Assembly (NCBI GenBank): GCA_965248265.1
Contig: CBDFJF010000002.1
Location: forward strand, 384,001 to 448,000
Length of the DNA stretch: 64,000 bases
Reading direction: 5' to 3'
Source of the DNA: Candidatus Latescibacterota bacterium
Lineage (GTDB): Bacteria > Latescibacterota > UBA2968 > UBA8231
The translations under genes and the position numbers were made by a program. The notes under the pieces were generated by a model. That model saw only the letters and a program-made list of their open reading frames with translations, had not been told where the DNA came from and did not search any database. This document shows, one piece after another, positions 18,754 to 28,137 of the stretch. The first letter of the stretch is position 1; each line of letters begins with the position of its first letter.

Positions 18754-18801
18754 ATGAGAAGGACGAGTTCTGCGAACTCGTTTCATAGGAGGGTACTATG
18801 A
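18754..18801 (+). CDS. Candidate 15-aa uORF (MRRTSSANSFHRRVL) coupled to ku
   Basis: AAGGAG SD ahead of ATG 18754; its TGA overlaps the ku ATG (ATGA). Confidence 0.35.
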   Translation: MRRTSSANSFHRRVL

Positions 18802-19685
18802 GAAGCTTATGGAAGGGTCACATTCGGTTTTCGATGGTGACGATTCCTATTCGTCTCTACACCGCCGTCGACAGCGGGGCCACGGTCAGCTTTAATCAGC
18901 TGCACAAGGAGGACAATGGCCGCGTCGGCTATGACAAGAAGTGCAAGAGCTGTGGCGAGGCGCTCAGTGCCAAGGATATCATCAAGGGCTACGAGTATTC
19001 TCCGGATGAGTACGTCGTCGTCGAGGATGAGGATCTGCAGAAGCTCAAGCTGAAGAGCACGAAGATCATCGAGATCGAAGGCTTCGTCGATACCGAAGAG
19101 GTACACGAAACCCTATACGACACTCCGTATTACGCAGGTCCGGATGGCGAGGTTGCGGTCAAGGTCTATGCCCTGTTAAACGAAGCCTTGAAGGCCAGTG
19201 GCAAACTCGGTGTCGGGAAGGTGGTCATGCGTGACCGTGAGGACATGGTGCTGATCGGCCATCACGAAGGTGGTCTGGTCATCTACAAGCTGAGGTATCC
19301 TCAGCGAGTGCGTGCGATCGGCGAGGTTCCGGGGATCGATCAGACCGAGGTCAACTCCGAGGAGTTGAAGCTGGCGCAGAGCCTGGTAGACTCGATGTCG
19401 AAGCCGCTGGCCGACATGGAGCTCAAGGATACCTATAATGATGCCATCAAGGACCTGATCAATGCCAAGGTGGAGGGCCAGGAGATTGTCATGGCGGCCG
19501 AAGAGGTCAAGCCGGTCGTCGACATCATGTCCGCTCTCAAGGACAGCATCGAGCAGGCCAAGGAAGAGAAGAAGCCGATGAAGAAGGCGGCCGGTGAGAA
19601 AGCCGCAGCCAAGAAAAAGGCGCCAAAAAAGAAGGCAGCTCCCAAGAAGGCCAAGGCCAAGGCCAAGGCCAAGAAGGTGGCGTGA
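18798..19685 (+). CDS. ku: NHEJ protein Ku with Lys/Ala-rich C-terminal tail
   Basis: MRSLWKGHIRFSMVTIPIRLY, IIKGYEY, VVDIMSALKDS; basic tail. Confidence 0.95.
   Translation: MRSLWKGHIRFSMVTIPIRLYTAVDSGATVSFNQLHKEDNGRVGYDKKCKSCGEALSAKDIIKGYEYSPDEYVVVEDEDLQKLKLKSTKIIEIEGFVDTEEVHETLYDTPYYAGPDGEVAVKVYALLNEALKASGKLGVGKVVMRDREDMVLIGHHEGGLVIYKLRYPQRVRAIGEVPGIDQTEVNSEELKLAQSLVDSMSKPLADMELKDTYNDAIKDLINAKVEGQEIVMAAEEVKPVVDIMSALKDSIEQAKEEKKPMKKAAGEKAAAKKKAPKKKAAPKKAKAKAKAKKVA
19647..19670 (+). repeat. (AAGGCC)4 repeat encoding KAKAKAKA in the Ku tail
   Basis: Read directly from the sequence. Confidence 0.8.
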
Positions 19686-19719
19686 GTGCGCGTCATATCG
19701 AACAATAGATCATGAGATC

Positions 19720-20325
19720 ATGGCTACCATCCTAAAATTCCCCGCGCAGGCACCGACCAAGTTCGGCTTCAAACGGGTCAGTCCGCGCCGGCGCAAAGAT
19801 GATGAAAACCAACTGGATCTGTTCGTCCCCAATGAGGGAAAGATCCTGCGGCTACCGACTGGCCTGAGCGCCTTCGAAGAAGCCCTGTCGATGGAGGAAC
19901 GGGGTGATGAGCAGGCGGCAATCGAGATGTACGGCAGGGCCATAACGGAAGGGGATTCGGTCGCTGATTCGCACTGCAACCTAGGTGTGCTGCAGTCCCA
20001 GCGCGGTGAGACGGGCACGGCCTTCGAGTCCTTCAAGAACGCGCTCAAGCAGGACCAGCAGCACTGGGAGACGCATTACAACATCGGCAACCTCTACTTC
20101 GATACAGAAGACTACCGTCCTGCCCGGTTGCATTACGAGCTGGCAGCCGAAGTCCAACCGGAGTTCCGCAACATCTTCTACAATCTGGGGCTTGTCCTGG
20201 CCATCCAGGAGGAGGTCCATCCCGCCATCGAAGCGCTCAACCGCTATCGCGAGCTCGCCCCAGACGGGGAAGCCGGAGCGGCTGCAGATCTACTCGAGAC
20301 CCTGAGGAGGTCGCTGGAGGGATAG
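19720..20325 (+). CDS. TPR protein with N-terminal QLDLF motif, downstream of ku
   Basis: ATG 19720; TPR units SHCNLGVL, THYNIGNLY, IFYNLGLVL. Confidence 0.85.
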   Translation: MATILKFPAQAPTKFGFKRVSPRRRKDDENQLDLFVPNEGKILRLPTGLSAFEEALSMEERGDEQAAIEMYGRAITEGDSVADSHCNLGVLQSQRGETGTAFESFKNALKQDQQHWETHYNIGNLYFDTEDYRPARLHYELAAEVQPEFRNIFYNLGLVLAIQEEVHPAIEALNRYRELAPDGEAGAAADLLETLRRSLEG

Positions 20326-20329
20326 ACGC

Positions 20330-21889
20330 TCAGGCCTGCATCTGGCGTTTCAGTTCGCGCTCGTACTCGCCGAGGATGTTGCCGTAGACATCCTCGCTCA
20401 TGAACCCGGTCACCCGCAACGACAATGTGTTTTGCTGCCTTCCCGCCGGGACGTAGTGGCGCTTGTCGGTCCCCTGAGGGCGGCCCCACAAATGGCCGTC
20501 ATGCGGCGAGACGTAGTCGAGCCGCCGCTTGGTGCTATCCGTTCCGGGTCCGAACAGGGTTATCAGATGAGGGGAATAAAGGTCATCGGTATGCCACATG
20601 CTACCAGCCTCGTAATCCGTCATTTCGATCTCTCCACCAGGACCGACGATGGAACCACTGAGCGCCACGTAGGCTCGGCGGGGGGCGATCACGTCTACCT
20701 GTGAGTTACACAGGGCGATGATGTAACGCAGGTAGGGACCTTCATGGGCATGGCCGGCCAGCCGGCTGATGACTTCAGGGCGTGTTTTGGCGCTGAAACC
20801 CTCAGTCTGGGTAATGCAGTATTCGGCTACCGCTACTGGAATTACCTTGTCGAGGTCATGTTCGTCGAGGACCTGGGCGATGGCGTTCCCCGCCCGCATT
20901 CCAGCCGCGGTCCGGGCCTCCTCCAGCGTGCGATAAAACTCTGACTTGAAGGTCCTCTTTCTGTCGTCATCGGGTTGATCAATGATCATTACCAGCGCCG
21001 GCTTGGTGGCAATGCGTATGGCATCGGAGTGAAAGAGGACTATCTGAGTCAGGGAAGGCAGGAAGTCGCTGATTTCCGAGATCTGCGAAATCAGGTGAGC
21101 ACCACTTACCTCGTGGCTTTCATCAGCGCCGGGCTCCTCATTCCACAGACCGCAATCGTGCATGAAGCCACCAAGAAAAATCTCCGCAAGGTCCCGTCGG
21201 CACCGAGCGTTATCCTCCGTATCCTCGCCATTGCCAGCCGTGTCTACCGACTCGGAATCTTCCGATTTGAGCAAGGCCTGCGAAGCCAACTCCGTTGCGA
21301 ACACGGCGACGTTGAGGGCGTGCTGCACCGTGCGCGTGGCCAGGTCGTGGCGGGCGATCAGATCCATGATCAGGGTATTGCCAATCAGGTACTCGTCGAT
21401 GGCCGTGCGCACAGCCGTGTGGAAGTGCCGGATGCGTCCTTCCAGTTCCTGCAGGTTTTCGACGACCTCCCGGTTGCGCAGGGCGGACATCGTAAAGGCG
21501 CCGCCGCCGACGATGCGGTAGATCTCCGTGGCTTTGCGGGCGACGTCCTCCGCTTTGACGACGACTTCCCGGGAGATCTCCGTGGCCTTGCGGGTGCGTT
21601 CGCGCGCCGCCGAAACCGGCTCCGCCAGATCGGGAGGCGTTCGGCTGGCACCCCGTTCCTGGCTGATGACGACGTCCACGTAGGTGGGCCGGCGGCCGGC
21701 GGCCGGGTTGCGCTGTTCGAGCCAACTGAGGTGTCGCTCTGTGATTTTGGCATTGACGGCGATGAATACGGATCCGCCTGGACCGTAGATGTCCTTGGCG
21801 GCACGCACGGCGAGGCCCATGTCCTTGCCCCTGGCTTCCTGCAGGATGACACGCAAATCCCGAGTGCTGATGCTGATAGCGCTGCTCAT
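20330..21889 (-). CDS. Divergent HD-domain protein (HD-GYP-like N-terminus, no GYP motif)
   Basis: HALNVA, GGFMHDCG, HEVSGA; N-terminal KDIYGPGGSVFIA. Confidence 0.6.
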   Translation of the reverse strand: MSSAISISTRDLRVILQEARGKDMGLAVRAAKDIYGPGGSVFIAVNAKITERHLSWLEQRNPAAGRRPTYVDVVISQERGASRTPPDLAEPVSAARERTRKATEISREVVVKAEDVARKATEIYRIVGGGAFTMSALRNREVVENLQELEGRIRHFHTAVRTAIDEYLIGNTLIMDLIARHDLATRTVQHALNVAVFATELASQALLKSEDSESVDTAGNGEDTEDNARCRRDLAEIFLGGFMHDCGLWNEEPGADESHEVSGAHLISQISEISDFLPSLTQIVLFHSDAIRIATKPALVMIIDQPDDDRKRTFKSEFYRTLEEARTAAGMRAGNAIAQVLDEHDLDKVIPVAVAEYCITQTEGFSAKTRPEVISRLAGHAHEGPYLRYIIALCNSQVDVIAPRRAYVALSGSIVGPGGEIEMTDYEAGSMWHTDDLYSPHLITLFGPGTDSTKRRLDYVSPHDGHLWGRPQGTDKRHYVPAGRQQNTLSLRVTGFMSEDVYGNILGEYERELKRQMQA

Positions 21890-21935
21890 AGCTGTATAGG
21901 ATAGAGCGGGGCGGACCTGACTAGCGTGACCGGCC

Positions 21936-22202
21936 TCACATTTGGCCGGGCGGGTTTATCGCCACAATTGCCCGATTGCGGCCAGTTTCTCGTCGCCGAG
22001 GTAGCCGTAGCGTATCGAACAGGCGCGGGCTGCTGCCGGCGTCGTCAGACGGCTCTGTTACCGTGGGATTGATGGCGACGGCCGTGGCGCCAGCGCGCTC
22101 GAGGTTGTCGAGTACGGGGTCGATGCCCTCGCTCTGAATGAAATCACAGAAGACGGTAAAGCCCAGCAGGCGGCGGGTGCGGTCCGCAGTTTTGGACATC
22201 AT
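21936..22202 (-). pseudogene. Probable truncated gene fragment
   Basis: LLGFTVFCDFIQSEGIDPVLDNLERAGATAVAINP reads like the start of a TIM-barrel protein; the ORF degenerates after about 65 aa. Confidence 0.4.
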
Positions 22203-22338
22203 CCGTTCCTGGCGCGCGCACACGCACGCGATTAGGATTGAGCCCTAAACCAAGTTATCGTCTCGACCGCGACCCGAGACGGTACACGATTCACACGAAG
22301 GCGCAAGCGTTACCGAATCTCACCGAGGTGAATGAGAA

Positions 22339-23745
22339 ATGAGTTCGACTGAATTCTGTTTTTTGTCCGCCACCGAACTGCGGGCATTGTACCTGAGCGG
22401 TGAGGTTTCCCCGGTGGAGGTGACGGGGGCGTTGCTGGGGCACATCGAAGAACACAATCCCCAGATCAATGCCTATGTGACGGTGACCGCCGAACTGGCC
22501 CTGGAGCAGGCAGCGGAGGCGGAGAAGGTGTTGGCAGACTCCGCTGATTCGTCGCCGCCCCTGACAGGGATTCCGTTTTCGCTGAAGGATCTAACCGCCA
22601 CCAAGGGCATCAGGACAACACGCGGCTCTCTGCTGTACAAGGACTGGGTGCCCGATTTCGATGGGCCCATGGTCGGTAGCATGCGCGAGGCGGGCAGCGT
22701 GCTGCTCGGCAAGACCAACACGCCCGAGTTCGGTTGGAAGGGTGATTCGGGCAATCGCGTTGTCGGGCCGACGCACAATCCGTGGAAGATCGGTCGCACC
22801 GCCGGTGGCTCCAGCGGTGGCGCCTCCGCTGCGGTGGCTGCCGGCATGGGACCCCTAGCGCAGGGCACGGACGGCGCCGGTTCGATTAGGATTCCTGCCT
22901 GCTTCTGCGGTGTCTTCGGGCTCAAGCCATCCTTCGGGCGCGTGCCACAGTACCCGGCGAGCCCGGTCGAGATGCTGTCGCATGCCGGCCCGATAACGCG
23001 AACGGTCCGCGATGCCGCGCTCATGCTGGACGCCGTCGCCTGTCCTGATGTCGTCGACAAGCTGTCGCTGCCTCGCGAGGAGGAGTTCGCCGCGGCCGTC
23101 GACGGAGGCATCGCCGGTCTGCGAGTCGCCTGGACTCCGGATCTGGGGTATGCCCCGGTGGATCCCGAAGTAGGACCAATTGTACAGAGAGCGGCTGAGA
23201 TGTTTACCCAATTAGGCTGTGAGGTCGAAGAAGCGAATCCAGGTCTGGCCGATCCGTGGGATTTCGTCGATCCCACCTGGGCCTGTGCCTTCGCGGCGGT
23301 TTACCGCGACAACTGGGACGCGGTCAAGGATCAGCTGGAGCCCGGCTTGAGGGACGTCGTCCTCCATGGCCGTGAGTTTAGCGGCGCCGACCTGGCTGCC
23401 GCCAACATCCGGCGCAATGAATACTATCACGGATGGCGCGAGTTCATGGAGAGTTATGATCTGGTGCTGATGCCGACGCTGCCGGTGGCTGCCTTTGCCG
23501 CGGGTGACGATCACCCCGGTCAGGTCAATGGCATGCCGACGACTTACCTGGGGTGGACGGCCTTCACCTATCCGTTCAATGTGACCGGACAACCGGCCGC
23601 GACGTTGCCGTGTGGCTTCACCAGTGAAAGTCTGCCGGTGGGCTTACAGGTAGTGGGCAAGTGGCGGCAGGATGGCACCGTACTGCGAGCCTGCGCCGCA
23701 TTCGAGGAGCTGCAACCCTGGCAGGGCACACGGCCCCCGCTGTAA
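22339..23745 (+). CDS. Amidase (GatA/amidase-signature family)
   Basis: KD, GKTNTPEFG, GGSSGG, GTDGAGSIRIPA. Confidence 0.93.
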   Translation: MSSTEFCFLSATELRALYLSGEVSPVEVTGALLGHIEEHNPQINAYVTVTAELALEQAAEAEKVLADSADSSPPLTGIPFSLKDLTATKGIRTTRGSLLYKDWVPDFDGPMVGSMREAGSVLLGKTNTPEFGWKGDSGNRVVGPTHNPWKIGRTAGGSSGGASAAVAAGMGPLAQGTDGAGSIRIPACFCGVFGLKPSFGRVPQYPASPVEMLSHAGPITRTVRDAALMLDAVACPDVVDKLSLPREEEFAAAVDGGIAGLRVAWTPDLGYAPVDPEVGPIVQRAAEMFTQLGCEVEEANPGLADPWDFVDPTWACAFAAVYRDNWDAVKDQLEPGLRDVVLHGREFSGADLAAANIRRNEYYHGWREFMESYDLVLMPTLPVAAFAAGDDHPGQVNGMPTTYLGWTAFTYPFNVTGQPAATLPCGFTSESLPVGLQVVGKWRQDGTVLRACAAFEELQPWQGTRPPL

Positions 23746-23817
23746 TCAGGTGATCTTGCCACGCGGGCACGGCGATCGTACATGGGAAAGCCCGGGATCG
23801 CAGAACGCGGGACCGCT

Positions 23818-25185
23818 TTAGGGAATCGCGGCTTCGAAAGCAGCGATGATCTTGTCGGCTTCCGGCTCCGTGAGCACGAGTGGAGGCGACAGAAACAGCA
23901 TGCTCTCAAGGCCCGGCAGGCAGTGACTCATGCCGCCGACGAGGACGCCTTCTTCCTTGATGCGGCCTTTCACCTGAGTGAAGCGCTGTCCGTCCAGGGG
24001 ATCTCCAGACTCGGGGTCGATCAACTCAACTGCGATTAACAGACCCAGGCCGCGGACGTTGCCGACCAGCGGTGATTTGAGCTGTTTGAGTCCTTCCAGC
24101 AGGTAGGCACCGACGCGTGCCGAGTTTTCCCAGAGACGCTCTCCCATGACGATGTCGAGGTTAGCCAGCGCGGCAACACAGCAGGCGGGGTGACCTCCAT
24201 AGGTTGATACCTGTGCCAGTTCCCGCTCCTCGCCAGGATCGCCCATGAAGGTCTCGAAGATCTCCGGGGTGACGGCGCAGGCCCCCAACGGCAGGTACCC
24301 GCTGGTGGCACCCTTGGCCATCGTCATCATGTCCGGGACGACATTCCATTGCTCGCTCGCGAACAGGGTGCCGGTGCGTCCGAACCCGGTGATGACTTCG
24401 TCCAGGATCAGCAGAACGTCGTAGCGGTCGCAAATCTCACGCAGACGCGGCAGGTAGTCATCGGGAGGAATGATTACCCCACCGCCGCCGATGACCGGCT
24501 CGACGATGACGGCGGCTACCGTCTCCGGGCCTTCGCGTTGGATGACCTGTTCAAATTGATCTACGCAGGCGATTTCGCATTCGGGGTACTTCAGCTTGAC
24601 CGGACAGCGGTAACAGTAGGGCGGATCGACGTGCAGGAATCCGGGGACCAGCGGTTCGAATTTCTTGCGCCGGCCCACCTGCCCGGTCGCTGACATGGCG
24701 CCGAAGGTGAAGCCGTGATAACCCTGATAGCGGGCGATGATCTTGTAGCGGTTCTGGCCGGGGTACTTCTGTCTGCCGTATTGGCGAGCGATTTTGAAGG
24801 CGGTCTCGTTGGCCTCTGAGCCACTGTTGCTGAAAAACAGGTGATTGAGATCGCCCGGTAGAATTTCGGCCAATCGAGCCGCAAGCGTGGCGGCCGGGAC
24901 GTTGATCTGGGACAAGGGATAGTAGCACAGCTGCTGCATCTGCTCGTAGACTGCGCGGGCAATTTCTTCGCGACCGTAGCCGACGTTGACATTCCACAGC
25001 CCGGCATAGCCATCGAGGTAGGTACGGCCCTCACCATCGACGAGGGTGCAGCCGTTGCCCTCGCGGATCACCATCAGGTCCTGCTCCTCCAGCGCCCGGT
25101 GCTGAAACAGCGGATGCCAGACGTGTCCGCGATCCTGCTCGCGGACGGCGTCCACGTCGATTTCGGCCAATTGCTGCTGTGTCAT
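23818..25185 (-). CDS. Class III PLP aminotransferase
   Basis: SGSEANE, GYHG, DEVITGFGRTG, AKG. Confidence 0.93.
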   Translation of the reverse strand: MTQQQLAEIDVDAVREQDRGHVWHPLFQHRALEEQDLMVIREGNGCTLVDGEGRTYLDGYAGLWNVNVGYGREEIARAVYEQMQQLCYYPLSQINVPAATLAARLAEILPGDLNHLFFSNSGSEANETAFKIARQYGRQKYPGQNRYKIIARYQGYHGFTFGAMSATGQVGRRKKFEPLVPGFLHVDPPYCYRCPVKLKYPECEIACVDQFEQVIQREGPETVAAVIVEPVIGGGGVIIPPDDYLPRLREICDRYDVLLILDEVITGFGRTGTLFASEQWNVVPDMMTMAKGATSGYLPLGACAVTPEIFETFMGDPGEERELAQVSTYGGHPACCVAALANLDIVMGERLWENSARVGAYLLEGLKQLKSPLVGNVRGLGLLIAVELIDPESGDPLDGQRFTQVKGRIKEEGVLVGGMSHCLPGLESMLFLSPPLVLTEPEADKIIAAFEAAIP

Positions 25186-25282
25186 CTTCTCTTACCTTGA
25201 AAGGTTGGTGCGTGGTCGATCAGATCGGATTACTGATATAGGTATTTGACCCTCTCATCTCAAGAAGGTTTGTGAGCAAGCC

Positions 25283-26527
25283 ATGGAGATCCGCACGGTC
25301 CGAGAGTCGGAAGTAGAGGAGATGATCGAGCTTATGTGTCTGGTGTTCCGGCCCAAGGGTCACGAACGCTACCGGCAGTACATGGTAGGAGATCAATTCT
25401 ACCAGAGGGACCAATCACGGGTCGTCGTCGTTGATGGGCGCATCGTCGCCACGCTGCGCGTGTGGGACAAACAGATGCGGGTGGGCAGTACGCCAGTACG
25501 CTTCGGAGGTATCGGCAACGTCTGCACCCACCCGGAGGCGCGCGGCAAGGGTTACGCTACAGCGATGATGGAGGAGGCTGTCCGTTATATGAAGGAGTCC
25601 GATTACCCTATCAGCTGCCTGTTCACGGACGCCGGCAATCGATTCTACCACAGGATGGGGTACCGGGGAGTGCCGTTCAATGGTTTCCGCATGAGCCAGT
25701 GGAAGTTGGGAGGGGACATCGAGTCAGGCTGGGAGGTTACGCCGTTCGATGAGGCACGCGACCTGGCCCCGGCGGCGGAGCTGTACGAGATCTGTAATCG
25801 AGACCGCAGCGGAAGTCTGGTGCGCGATATGGCCTACTGGACGTCCGGAAACGTTCGGGTGCGGGATGTGTTCCCCAAACTCGTGGCCCGCAAGGGTGAC
25901 GTCCTGGGGGGGTACCTGACCTATGACGATTCAGCCGATGAGGTGGAGATTCTGGATGTCGCCCACCAGTCGGAGCCCGGCGTGCTGACGGCGCTGGCAG
26001 GCCAATTCCTCGGGGCCTGCACGAGTCAGGGGATCGAAACCGTCCATGGATTGCTGCCGCAGCGGCATCCATTCGTCGACGCCATGCTGGAGCTGGGCAT
26101 GGGCAACCTGGTTTCAGCCGGCAACAATAAGCTGATGATGAGCACCCTGAACCTGCAGCCGCTGTCCGAGCAGATTCTACCGGAGTTGCAGGGGCGTCTC
26201 GATGCGTCTGATATTGAGGTTAATGCACAGGTGACCGTGGTGATTCAGGTGGATGGCGAGGAATGTGTGCTGATGCTGGGCGCGGATCGAATACTACAGC
26301 TGGGAAGCGCATCGGCGAGTGATGCGGCGGCCGTCACCGGAGCCGATATGGTGGCGCTTTCGGGCGAATTATTCTGGCGCATGTTGCTGGGCGAATCCGG
26401 ATGGCGTGATCTGCAACCAACCCTGTATGAGCGTTCGGAGATGTCGATCAGCCCCCAAGCGGACGGGTTGATGCGAGTGCTGTTCCCGACGAACGAACCA
26501 GTTTTCTGGCAAGCGGATCACTTCTGA
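25283..26527 (+). CDS. Eis-like GNAT acetyltransferase
   Basis: GGIGNVCTHPEARGKGYA, FYHRMGY; tandem GNAT plus C-terminal SCP2-like region. Confidence 0.8.
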   Translation: MEIRTVRESEVEEMIELMCLVFRPKGHERYRQYMVGDQFYQRDQSRVVVVDGRIVATLRVWDKQMRVGSTPVRFGGIGNVCTHPEARGKGYATAMMEEAVRYMKESDYPISCLFTDAGNRFYHRMGYRGVPFNGFRMSQWKLGGDIESGWEVTPFDEARDLAPAAELYEICNRDRSGSLVRDMAYWTSGNVRVRDVFPKLVARKGDVLGGYLTYDDSADEVEILDVAHQSEPGVLTALAGQFLGACTSQGIETVHGLLPQRHPFVDAMLELGMGNLVSAGNNKLMMSTLNLQPLSEQILPELQGRLDASDIEVNAQVTVVIQVDGEECVLMLGADRILQLGSASASDAAAVTGADMVALSGELFWRMLLGESGWRDLQPTLYERSEMSISPQADGLMRVLFPTNEPVFWQADHF

Positions 26528-26564
26528 CCGGCTGTTCGAGACAGCTGCTAAAGGGCATAGCACC

Positions 26565-26936
26565 ATGGCGAAACCCCTCGATCTGGAATTCCTGTATTTT
26601 TTTTCCAGCCCATCGACATACGTGTTGAAGGTGAAGATTAACGGCCTGGGAGAAGGGGTTCCACCTGACAGGGTGTTTCACTGGCTTCGTTGCGACCGCA
26701 CGGTCCAGGGGGAAATCCAGAGACTCAGCTTTAAATCGATGGGTTCGGATGGCGGTATGGACTACCGCATCTTTGCGCAGGGTGCGCTTCACTTCAACAG
26801 ATCTGAAGCTCGGCTGGAGTTGCACGCTGGGAGTGACAGAGAGGAATTCGAGCTCGAGATCAACGAACCCAGTTCGGTTCCGGAAGAACTCGCATCGCAG
26901 GTCGATGACCTTCTGCGTCAGGATACAGACGCCTGA
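26565..26936 (+). CDS. Hypothetical protein
   Basis: 123-aa ORF co-directional with the GNAT gene; plausible protein composition. Confidence 0.6.
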   Translation: MAKPLDLEFLYFFSSPSTYVLKVKINGLGEGVPPDRVFHWLRCDRTVQGEIQRLSFKSMGSDGGMDYRIFAQGALHFNRSEARLELHAGSDREEFELEINEPSSVPEELASQVDDLLRQDTDA

Positions 26937-27033
26937 TGTCTTGCTTCAACCCCTCGGGTCACCCTCTGCTCGGGTTACCCTCTGATGGTGGCGATGCGGC
27001 AGGGACCATGGGCACCGCCGGTGTGATGCCGGG

Positions 27034-28107
27034 TTACATGTCATAGCGCCTGGCCAGTCCGAGCTCGTCCAGGATTTCCTCGATGTCCGACACCGTCTTG
27101 CCGTACACGGGGATTCCATCCCGGAGTCGGCGCTCACGTTCTCTGAACGCGCGCTCGCCTGGTACCAGGATCTCTTCGACTCCAGGCGCGCGACGCGAGC
27201 CTTTGACACCATCGATGAACTGAGACGCGATTCCCTCAAAGACGTTGGTGGACGCGAACCGTCCCGGATCGATGGCCAGGGCGAAGATGCCGTTGAGGTT
27301 GATGTCCCACGACTTGCCGGTGCTGCAACCGGCACCGCTGAGGGCGCCGCAAAGGATGTCGATGAGCATGCTCAAACCGAATCCCTTGTGTCCGGCCTCC
27401 ATGCCACCCAGTGGCAGCACGGCTCCTCGTTGGGGGTCACCCAATACCGTGTCGACATCTGTCGTGGTCTCACCATCTTCGCCGATGATCCACCCGAGTG
27501 GGGCAGGCTCTCCGGCCGCCGCCTTCATGTGGAGTTTGCCGAGTGCGACGACGCTCGTGGACATATCTACTACAATAGGCTGTCCATCCTTCCAGGGTAT
27601 GCCGGCCGCCAGCGGGTTCGTGCTCATGAAGGCTTCAACCGAGCCCCATGGCGCCGTGGCTGGGCTACCGCCGCCGTCATTGACGGCGATCAAACCGATC
27701 TGGCCGCGCAACGCCGGCGCTACGACGTAGCCACCAAGACGGGCAATGTCGCAAGACTCGGTCACGCTCACACACCCAACACCTATTTCGCGGGCCTTGT
27801 CGCTGGCAAGCTCCATCGCCCGGGTTGCGGCCACGGGTCCGAAGGCGCGGTGGGCGTTGATGAGGGCACTGGCTGCCGTCTCCTGCACAATCTCCAACTC
27901 AGCCCTGGTGTCGATGTGGCCATGGCGTGCGTCCTTGTAAAACATCGGAATGCGCATGACCCCATGGCTGTCGTAGCCGCACAGGCTGGCCTCCATCAGG
28001 GTATCGACGACGATCGAGCGCTCCTGCTCGGGCACGCCGGAGGCCTCGAAAATGTCCTGCATCAACTGCCTCAGGGTGTCGGCTGCGAGGATTACGTCAT
28101 CTGACAT
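27034..28107 (-). CDS. Ldh_2-family (malate/L-lactate/ureidoglycolate) dehydrogenase
   Basis: GYDSHG, STNPLA, VDMSTS, GHKGFGL, PGER. Confidence 0.92.
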   Translation of the reverse strand: MSDDVILAADTLRQLMQDIFEASGVPEQERSIVVDTLMEASLCGYDSHGVMRIPMFYKDARHGHIDTRAELEIVQETAASALINAHRAFGPVAATRAMELASDKAREIGVGCVSVTESCDIARLGGYVVAPALRGQIGLIAVNDGGGSPATAPWGSVEAFMSTNPLAAGIPWKDGQPIVVDMSTSVVALGKLHMKAAAGEPAPLGWIIGEDGETTTDVDTVLGDPQRGAVLPLGGMEAGHKGFGLSMLIDILCGALSGAGCSTGKSWDINLNGIFALAIDPGRFASTNVFEGIASQFIDGVKGSRRAPGVEEILVPGERAFRERERRLRDGIPVYGKTVSDIEEILDELGLARRYDM

Positions 28108-28137
28108 TCCTGGTGCTCCAGTGGCTGGGGTGCGGGT

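Noticed and set aside
18655-18790. Repeated palindromes considered as a mini-CRISPR or known LexA boxes
   Set aside because: Units differ in length, there are no regular spacers or cas genes, and the spacing fits neither GAAC-N4-GTTC nor GTTC-N7-GTTC.
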